NCBI GenBank assembly: GCA_002269645.1
Contig: NIVC01000247.1
Coordinates: 62,001-126,000, forward strand
Origin: Macrostomum lignano
Taxonomy: Eukaryota
Length of the DNA: 64,000 bases
Direction: 5' to 3'
Shown here: positions 24,911 to 34,839 of the stretch, piece by piece
Numbering within the stretch: position 1 is the first letter of the stretch
Layout: each line of letters starts with the position of its first letter
Made by a program: the position numbers and the translations under genes
Notes under the pieces: model-generated
The model's database searches: none
What the model saw: the letters and a program-made list of their open reading frames with translations, nothing else
What the model was told of the DNA's origin: nothing

Positions 24911-25964
24911 CAAGCAAGTACAAAAAAATACTTGCCTTTGCTACCTCAGTCCCGCTATACAATGAAAACTGTGTTTCAAGCGCCTCACTTTGTATTGTAG
25001 TTATTCTTAACCACCAAGAAAAAAACGGTGGAAACATTTTGTCCAGTCTTAACTATTTGATCAGAAATTTTCAGAATTTATTAGGTGTCTTTTGTCTTTT
25101 GACAGAAGTGAAGACAAATTCTGATTCGTCCTGCTGTAGAGGCCTGTACTCTGGAACGTTGCTCAAGAACTCATCTGATTGGTCCATAGAGAAATGCCCC
25201 TTAAATCACATAAATCTAAAAAATTAGATGCAGAATGTGAGCCATTGTTTTGCTATAGAGCGCCCACCCCATTTTTCCGGCTCCGTACGTCAGCCGGCTT
25301 TCTCTCTCTAACTCTCGCCCCCTTATCTGTACTCGTAGTAAGCAAAGTGTACATTTACGACCACCACCCCACGCAATGCATTCCTATATACTAAAAATGA
25401 AATGTCTGTGTGTATGTGTGAGATAGATTTCAGAAAAAACGGCTCAACCGATTTTCTTCAAACTTGCACCATTCGATCAGAAATTTTCCTGGGACGGTAC
25501 ATGCATCTTGGCTAAGAAATTGCTCAATGTTAAAGGCATTAAATATTCGAAAAACATGCTTTTTTTACAAAGGTCAAGCAGAACTTCGACCTGAAATGCA
25601 TTGTAAGAATGCTAGAGAAAAAACTGACTGGCTGAATTTCAATTCTGATAAAGATTGCATCACAACAAGTTGAAAACAGTGTCAAAGAAATGCACACCCG
25701 ACTTGATTGAAATTGCGTAACCATATTGCTAACTTAAATTGGGACTGATACTGGCTGACTGAGAAATTGATTATGTCATAACTTTTTACTCTAACCGATT
25801 TGCTATAAGAATTGAATTATAAGGGACACAATTCACGATCTCCAATTAAAAAGAAATAGCCCAGATGCGAACAGACTGGAATGCTAATGTAGCGACCTGG
25901 GTTCGAATCTTAGTAGTGCAAAAAAATTTTTTATTAAGACACTTTAAAAACACACAAAACTGCT

Positions 25965-28070
25965 AAACATAAAAGAAGCGCATGTCAAACATAGAAGAGC
26001 AACCATGTCGAACATTAAAGATCCACCATGTCTAACATTAAAGAGCCACCATGTCTAACATTAAAGAGCCACCATGTCGAACATTAAAGATCCACAATGT
26101 CAAACATTAAAGAGCCACCATGTCTAACATTAAAGAGCCACCATGTCTAACATTAAAGAGCCACCATGTCGAATATTAAAGAGCCACCATGTCCAACATA
26201 TCTGTGACTTCATGTCAAACATTGAAGAGCCATCATGTCGAACATAAAAGAGCCACCATGTCAAACATAAAAGGACCACCATGTCAAACATTAAAGAGGC
26301 ACCATGTCAAAAATTCACAGCCACCATGTCTAACATTAAAGAGCCACCATGTCGAACATTAAAGAGCCACCATGTCGAACATTAAAGAGCCACCATGTCG
26401 AACATTAAAGAGCCACCATGTCGAACATTAAAGAGCCACCATGTCGAACATAGAAGAGCCACCATTCCAAACATTAAAGAGCCACCATGTCAAACAAAGA
26501 AGAGCCACCACGTCAAACATTAAAGAGCTACCATGTCAAACATAGAAGAGCTACCATGTCAAACATTAAAGAGCCACTTTTTTAAACAAAAAAGAGACAC
26601 CATTTCAAACATAAAAGAGCCACCATGTCAAACATTAAAGAGCCACCATGTCAAAAATAAAAGAGCCACCATGTCAAACATAGAAGAGAGCCACCATGTC
26701 AGACATTGAAAAGCCACCGTATCAAACATAAAATAGTTACCATTTAGAACAAAAAGAGCCACAATGTCGAACATAAAAGAGCCACCATGAAGAACATTAA
26801 AGAAACACCATGTCAAACATTTAAGAGCCACCATGTCAAACATATATGTGACTTTATGTAAAACATATATGTGACTTTATGTCAAACATTAAAGAGCCAC
26901 CATGTCCAACATAAAAGAGCCACCATGTCAAACATAAAATAGACACCATTAAGAAAATTAAAGAGCCACCATGTAAACATAAAACAGACACCATTAAGAA
27001 CATTAAAGAGCCACCATGTCAAACATAAAACAGACACCATTAAGAACATTAAAGAGCCACCATGTCGAACATTAAAGAGCCACCATATCGAACATTAAAG
27101 AGCCACCATGTCGAACATTAAAGAGCCACCATATTAAACATAAAAGAGTTACCATGTCAAACATTAAAGAGCCACCATGTCGAACATTAAAGAGCCACCA
27201 TGTCAAACATAAAAGAGTCACCATGTCAAACATTAAAGAGCCACCATGTCGAACATAAAAGAGCCACCATGTTAAACATAAAAGAGTCACCATGTCGAAC
27301 ATTAAAAAGCCACCATGTCGAACATTAAAGAGCCACCATGTCAAACATAAAACAGACACCATTAAGAACATTAAAGAGCCACCATGTCGAACATTAAAGA
27401 GCTACCATGTCAAACATAAAACAGCCACCATGTCGAACATTAAAGAGCCACCATATTAAACATAAAAGAGTCACCATGTCAAATATTAAAGAGCCACCAT
27501 GTCGAACATTAAAGAGCCACCATTTCAAACATAAAAGAGTCACCATGTCAAACATTAAAGAGCCACCATGTCGAACATTAAAGAGCCACCATGTCAAACA
27601 TAAAACAGCCACTATGTCGAACATTAAAGAGCCACCATATCAAACATTAAAGAGCCACCATGTCGAACATTAAAGAACCACCATGTCAAACATAAAATAG
27701 CCACCATGTGAAACATATACGTGACTCCATGTAAAACATTAAAGAGCTACCATATCAGACATATACATGATTCCATGTCAAACATATACGTGACTCCATG
27801 TCAAACATTGAAGAGACCCCATGTCAAACATTAAAGAGCCACCATGTCGAACATAAAAGAGCCACCATGTAAAACATATACGTAACTCCATGTCAAACAT
27901 TGAAGCGACACCATGTCGAACATAAAAGAGCCACCATGTTAAACAAAGAAGAGCCCCCATGTCAAACATAGAAGAGCCACCATGTCAGGCATTGAAAAGC
28001 CACCGTATCAAACATAAAAGAGTTACCATGTACGAGCGTAGAACAAAAAAGAGCCACCCTGTTAAACATA
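25965..28070. repeat. 23-bp satellite (GAGCCACCATGTCGAACATTAAA) inside H1
   Basis: About 90 degenerate tandem units. Confidence 0.95.
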
Positions 28071-28163
28071 AAAGATACACAATTTCAAACGTAAAAGTAA
28101 GCGAATTTTAAAGGAGCCGCTATAATGCTAAGGAAATTGTCGCACTAGCTGTTTATTGTCTGG

Positions 28164-28320
28164 TGGATGCTTGCTATCTGGGGGATGCTTGCTATCTGGG
28201 GGATGCTTGCTATCTGGGGGATACTTGCTATCTGGGGGATGCTTGCTATCTGGGGGATGCTTGCTATCTGGGGGATGCTTGCTATCTTGGGGATGCTTGC
28301 TATCTGGGGGATGCTTGCGG
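28164..28320. repeat. 18-bp minisatellite (GATGCTTGCTATCTGGGG)
   Basis: About 8.5 units near the H1 3' end. Confidence 0.93.
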
Positions 28321-28959
28321 TCTTGGGATGATTTCTTTTTGCAATGCACTTCATTTGAGCAGTTTGTCTGTTGTCTTTGTGAAGGATTTTTTGGCTGTCT
28401 TTTTGTTACTTGTAGAGAACAGAGATTCTATCCAGATGTCCCCCATCGGGGGGCGAAGATTGCTAGTCCTATATACTAAAAATGAAAATCTTGCTTGCTT
28501 GCTTGCTTGCTTGTAATCGATTAGAGAAAAAATGGCTTAACCGATTTTAATGAGACTTGCACTGTTCGATCAGAAATTTTCCCGTGACGGTACATGTGTC
28601 TTGGCTAAGAAATTGCTCGATGCTAAAGGCATTAAATACTCGAAAAACATGCTTTTATGCAAAGGTCAAGCAAACTTTTCGACTTGAAATGCATTGTAAG
28701 AATGCTAGAGAAAAAATTGACTGGTTGAATTCTGATTCTGAAATAGATTGCAGCATAACTTGCGTCACAGTATTGAAAATGCAGTGTGGAAGCGTAGCAC
28801 CAGACTTGATTTAGATTGCGTAACCATATTGTCAACTTTATTTGAGACTGATACTGACTTGCCTGGGAAATTGATTATGTCATAACTGCTTCGTGAGTGA
28901 GTGTTGAATTATATAAAAACTACACACTTTTATATAATTCAACACACTACACAAAAATC

Positions 28960-30370
28960 GTAAAAGCGTCATGTAAACAATCATAGAAGCGTCATGTAAA
29001 CAATCATAGAAGCGTCATGAAAAATCATAGAAGCGTCATGTAAACAATCATAGAAGCGTCATGTAAAAAATCATAGAAGCGTCATGAAAAAATCATAGAA
29101 GCGTCATGTAAACAATCATAGAAGCGTCATGAAAAAATCATAGAAGCGTCATGAAAAAATCATAGAAGCGTCATGTAATGAATCATAGAAGCGTCATGTA
29201 AACAATCATAGAAGCGTCATGTAAACAATCATAGAAGCGTCATTTAAAAAATCATAGAAGCGTCATGTAAAAATCATAGAAGCGTCATGTAAAAAATCAT
29301 AGAAGCGTCATCTAAAAATCATAGAAGCGTCATGTAATGAATCATAGAAGCGTCATGTAAAAAATCATAAAAGCGTCATGTAAAAAAATCGTAGAAGCGT
29401 CATATAAAAATCATAGAAGCGTCATGTAAACAATCATAGAAGCGTCATGTGAAAATCATAAAAGCGTCATGTAAACAATCATAGAAGCGTCATTTAAAAA
29501 ATCATAGAAGCGTCATATAAACAATCATAGAAGCGTCATGTAAAAAATCATAGAAGCGTCATGTAAAAATCATAAAAGCGTCATGTAAAAAATCATAGAA
29601 GCGTCATCTAAAAATCATAGAAGCGTCATGTAATGAATCATAGAAGCGTCATGTAAAAAATCATAAAAGCGTCATGTAAAAAAATCGTAGAAGCGTCATA
29701 TAAAAATCATAGAAGCGTCATGTAAACAATCATAGAAGCGTCATGTAAAAATCATAGAAGCGTCATGTAAACAATCATAGAAGCGTCATGTAAAAAATCA
29801 TAGAAGCGTCATATAAAAATCATAGAAGCGTCGTGTAAACAATCATAGAAGCGTCATTTAAAAAATCATAGAAGCGTCATGTAAAAAATCATAAAAGCGT
29901 CATGTAACAAATCGTAGAAGCGTCATGTAAAAAATCATAGAAGCGTCATGTAAACAATCATAGAAGCGTCATGTAAACAATCATAGAAGCGTCATGTAAA
30001 AAATCATAGAAGCGTCATGTAAAAAATCATAGAAGCGTCATGTAAAAAATCATAAAAGCGTCATGTAAAAAAATCGTAGTAGCGTCATATAAAAATCATA
30101 GAAGCGTCATGTAAACAATCATAGAAGCGTCATGTAAAAATCATAAAAGCGTCATGTAAACAATCATAGAAGCGTCATGTAAAAAATCATAGAAGCGTCA
30201 TTTAAAAAATCATAGAAGCGTCATGTAAACAATCATAGAAGCGTCATGTAAAAAATCGTAGAAGCGTCATATAAAAATCATAGAAGCGTCATGTAAAAAA
30301 TCATAGAAGCGTCATGTTAAAATCATAGAAGCGTCATGAAAAAATCATAGAAGCGTCATTTGAAAACTAA
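28960..30370. repeat. 22-24-bp satellite (AAACAATCATAGAAGCGTCATGT) inside H2
   Basis: About 60 tandem units. Confidence 0.96.
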
Positions 30371-31264
30371 TGAAAGTGTCATTTAAAAAATTAAGAAGCA
30401 TCATGGTAGAAAAAAAGAAGCGTCATGTCAGACATGAAGGGTGTCATGGAAAAATTAAATGCAGCTATAATGCTGTGCTGGGGAGAAAAACTGAGACGTC
30501 AAGGCTCTCAGAGAATAACTGGGATTACGGGGGTGGTTTTTCTGAGATGTCAAAGCAAAAGTCAGAAGCTACTTCAAAGTTCATGTACTTTACTCAATTT
30601 TTTTATTGCATTCTTTGTTGGCTCGCCACGGGGGGGGGCGCTGATAGAAGAAGAGTCATGTAAAAAATAAAAGTAGCACTATGTATACATAAAAGAAAAG
30701 TCATGTCGAAGTTAAAAGATTCATTTGGGAATTGCTACGATGTCAAAGCTTGGTGGAAATCGTTATAGTGCTGTGATTCTTAAAGAAGGAATCACTAAAA
30801 TGTCAAGGCTTAGGGGAGAAGAATTGCTGAGATTTCAAGGCTTTATGTTGGGTTAAAGTTAGGTTTAGGTCAGGTGTGGGTTGAGGGTTACATTTTATCA
30901 GGTTTTAAGGTTAGCAGGGGATTTTTCAGATTTCAAGGTTTATGGGCGCCATCGCTGACATGTCAAGGCTTACGGGGGGAATAGCTGAGATGTCAAGGCT
31001 CACGGGGGTATAAATGAGATTTCAAGGCTAAAGTCAGAAGCTACATGTAGTTTATTGAAAACTTTTTATTACATTATTTGATGCCTCCTCAGGGGAGGGA
31101 TCGCTTATAAAAAAAGCGTAATGTAAAAAAATAAAAGAAGCTTCATGTCGAAGTTAAGAGATTCATTTGGGAATCCCTACGATGTCGAGGCTTGCAGGGA
31201 ATCGCTATAATGCTGTAGTAGTGCTATAATGACTCTTAGAGAGAATTACTGAAATTTCAATGCT

Positions 31265-31309
31265 TTAGGGTTATGTTAGGGTTAGGGTTAGGGTTAGGGT
31301 TAGGGTTAG
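31265..31309 (+). repeat. Interstitial telomere-like (TTAGGG)n tract
   Basis: About 7 units within the H2 tail, at the homologous position to 9573-9606. Confidence 0.85.
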
Positions 31310-31693
31310 AAGGTTGACAGATATTTTTAGATTTCCAAGGCTTATTGGGGGCATTGCTGAGATGTCAAGGGGGGAAGTTGATATGTTAAAGCTTGTGGGG
31401 GGGGAATTACTGACATGTCAAGGGTTACAAGGTTTGACAGGAGATTTTTTAAGATTTCAAGGATACATGTAGCTTATTAAAAAAATATGTATTGCATTTC
31501 TTTGGCTCCCCAACGGGGGGCGTAGATTGCTAGTAGCCGACTAAATATTAAATAAATAACATCGTCTCGCCCACTGTGGCTTTCGTCCTTCTTCGTGCAA
31601 CTGCCAAATCATGCATTAAACTCTTACACAGAACTCCTGAAGACTTGATTTTATGAAACCTCAGCTTATCGAGGCTTCACTTTGAGCAGTAAA

Positions 31694-32429
31694 ATGTTCC
31701 GCCCAGCAGCGGCTCTGTCCGATCTGTTCTGTGCTGCCCTCCTGCTCACTTGCGTCACCGGCAGGTTTGTCCACTTCGAATACCTGGGCTGCTATAATGA
31801 CCCCGGGTCACCTAGAGACTTGAACGGACTCACTGGAGTCAGAAAGTTCGGCGGGTTCAGGTTTGATTGTTACGGGGCAGTCAGAAGCACGGAGATGTCG
31901 CACGAGCTGTGCAGCAGCATCTGCTCGGCGGGCGAATTCGCCTACTTCGGTGTGCAGTACGGCAGGGAGTGCTACTGCGGCAACTCGAACGGATCCCATG
32001 GCTTGGTGAGCGAAGGCATCTGCGGCGCGGCTTGTTCCGGAAACCGGATGCAGAAATGTGGCGGCATATACCGCAACTCTGTGTTCTCATTGAGCTACTC
32101 AGGTACGAGCGTACTTTTGTAACTTCATTGCTCAGTAGCGGCAGTCATTACGGAATTATGAGACCACGCACTTTCGTTCAACTTCAGTTTCCGACAGCAA
32201 CACCTACACGGTAGTGAAGCAGTCCAGCCCTCCCGTGACATCCGGTGCCACTTCCGTCTGGCCTGTCGCTGCCCAGTCCGTCGAGGACTGCCTGCTCCGG
32301 TGCAGCGCCAGAGCCGACTGCCGGGCCGCCGTTTTCTCCGGACAGGAGCTCGCCTGCCACCTGCTGGAGTTCGTGTACCCGCCTGGCCACCTGAGCGGGC
32401 CCGAGTGGACTCTGTTCGTGCGTGGCTGA
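31694..32429 (+). CDS. Secreted WSC + PAN/Apple domain protein, copy 2 (intact)
   Basis: ATG at 31694 (MFRPAAALSDLFCAALLLTCVTG signal peptide); WSC exon to 32102, phase-1 intron 32103-32187, PAN exon 32188-32429. Confidence 0.9.
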
Positions 32430-33124
32430 GCTCGAGCGGTGCGGTGACCGACTGGCTCAGCTGATGAGCTGAGCATGCACTCAATCGAACTGTAATGTTC
32501 TGGTTTCAAACGCAATCCACACAGTCCCGAGCAAATATAAATTAAAACAGAAAAACCTCTCCCTGGCATATCTAACCTTGATTATTCTTCGTGTTTATCA
32601 TTGTTCTCCAGACCCTGGCAAAGAGGCATTTGTTGAGAAGTATTTTAAGTCGACACGGTAAATCTTTGTCAGCAAAGCTGAAAGTCGCAAAGCAAATAAT
32701 CAGGCTCCTATTTCACAGCTGCAACAGTTGCAGCACCGTGTGCCGAACTCATTGATTTAAAAGCAAATGTTTTTCAAGCTAGTTTAAATTATGGCCAGAC
32801 AAAATGCATAAACAACAGGATGGGGGGGGGTGAGTGGTTGACAGAAACATACACTTGGATAGATATGAGAGACTTTCCCTTAATGGCGGCCTCCACTTGT
32901 TCTCAGCTTTGGGGTGGCTGTCATCTGTTAGTTTAACACGCCAGTAGCCAGACAAGCAGGTTTCTTCTCTACCCTCATTTTTATATTTTAACGTGTGCTC
33001 ATGCAGGGCGTCGCTACTCGTTTCTTTACTCACCCAAGCAATTGGATGGACAGGCAAATTTTGCAAAAACTGATTCATGTCGTCAAGATTTCTTGATTTT
33101 TTGTCACCAACAGAATCCGCCAAA

Positions 33125-34620
33125 CAGGATCCCCCGAAATTGGATCTATCGAAACTGGGTATCCCGAAACTGGATCTATCGAAACTGGATCCCGCTAAAC
33201 TGGATCCCTCCAAACTGGATCCCCCCGAAACTTCCCCAAACTGGATCCCACCGAAACTGGATCCCCCCGAAACTGGATCCCCTCAAACTGGATCTCCTCA
33301 AACTGGATCCCCTCAAACTGGATCTCCTCAAACTGGATCCCCTCAAACTGGATCTCCTCAAACTGGATCTCCTCAAACTGGATCTCCTCAAACTGGATCC
33401 CCTCAAATCGATCCCCTCAAACTGGATCCCCTCAAATGGATCCCCTCAAACTGGATCTCCTCAAACTGGATCCCGTTAAACTGGATCCCCTCAAACTGGA
33501 TCGTCTCAAACTGGATCTCCTCAAACTGGATCCCCTCAAATGGATCCCTCAAACTGGATCTCCTCAAACTGGATCCCGCTAAACTGGATCCCCTCAAACT
33601 GGATCGTCTCAAACTGGATCTCCTCAAACTGGATCCTCTCAAACTGGATCTCCTCAAACTGGATCCTCTCAAACTGGATCTCCCCAAACTGGATCCTCTC
33701 AAACTGGATCTCCTCAAACTGGATCCTCTCAAACTGGATCTCCTCAAACTGGATCCTCTCAAACTGGATCTCCTCAAACTGGATCCTCTCAAACTGGATC
33801 TCCTCAAACTGGATCCTCTCAAATGGATCCCCTCAAACTGGATCCCCTCAAACTGGATCTCCTCAAACTGGATCCCCTCAAACTGGATCTCCTCAAACTG
33901 GATCTCCTCAAACTGGATCTCCTCAAACTGGATCCCCTCAAATCGATCCCCTCAAACTGGATCCCCTCAAATGGATCCCCTCAAACTGGATCTCCTCAAA
34001 CTGGATCCCGTTAAACTGGATCCCCTCAAACTGGATCGTCTCAAACTGGATCTCCTCAAACTGGATCCCCTCAAATGGATCCCCTCAAACTGGATCTCCT
34101 CAAACTGGATCCCGCTAAACTGGATCCCCTCAAACTGGATCGTCTCAAACTGGATCTCCTCAAACTGGATCCTCTCAAACTGGATCTCCTCAAACTGGAT
34201 CCTCTCAAACTGGATCTCCCCAAACTGGATCCTCTCAAACTGGATCTCCTCAAACTGGATCCTCTCAAACTGGATCTCCTCAAACTGGATCCTCTCAAAC
34301 TGGATCTCCTCAAACTGGATCCTCTCAAACTGGATCTCCTCAAACTGGATCCTCTCAAATGGATCCCCTCAAACTGGATCCCCTCAAACTGGATCTCCTC
34401 AAACTGGATCCCCCCGAAACTGGATCCCCCGAAACTGTATCCGCCCTTCCTAAACTGGTTCAGCCCCAGAAAAACAATCCCGCCCCTCACAAACTGGATC
34501 CGCCCCAAAACTTTATCCGCCACCCCTAGCTGGATCCGCCATTCCCCCCAAAACTGGATCCACTCTCAAACTGGAGGGTCCGCCCTCAAACCAAGCTGGT
34601 TCCACCCCATTCCCCTCCAA
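33125..34620. repeat. 14/15-bp minisatellite (TGGATCCCCTCAAAC / TGGATCTCCTCAAAC)
   Basis: About 95 units with higher-order duplicated blocks; shares the AAACTGGATCC core with the 20-bp array. Confidence 0.97.
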
Positions 34621-34839
34621 ACTCCGCTCCGTCCCACATCTGGATAGGTGAATCATCAATCAGCAGTTTATGACGATAGAGACCAATTTTTTTGTTTGGT
34701 AGAATTTATTGCATATTTTGCCTAATCCGTAATGTCAAAGTCAGTGCCAAAAATGGAAGCGGCTGATTTTTCAAGTTTATTATAAATAATCGTCCTTTAA
34801 CGGTTCTCAGATGTTTCTACTTATCCAAGTGCGCAAAAA

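Larger units (their letters stand above)
25382..28466 (+). mobile_element. Non-autonomous Helitron-like element H1
   Basis: 5' TCCTATATACTAAAAATGAAA + microsatellite + AAAACGGCTCAACCGATTTT; 3' CCCCC-atc-GGGGG hairpin then CTAG at 28463-28466. The first ~450 bp are homologous to 28467-28900. Confidence 0.75.
28467..31533 (+). mobile_element. Non-autonomous Helitron-like element H2, head-to-tail with H1
   Basis: Starts TCCTATATACTAAAAATGAAA immediately after the CTAG of H1, with a (GCTT)n microsatellite. Ends with a CCCCC-aac-GGGGG hairpin and CTAG at 31530-31533, followed by T. Confidence 0.78.

Noticed and set aside
23772-25037. 300-420-aa ORFs on both strands over the 20-bp array, and similar ORFs at 33042-34647
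   Set aside because: Open in several frames on both strands, as expected for a repeat unit lacking stops; no splice or domain support.
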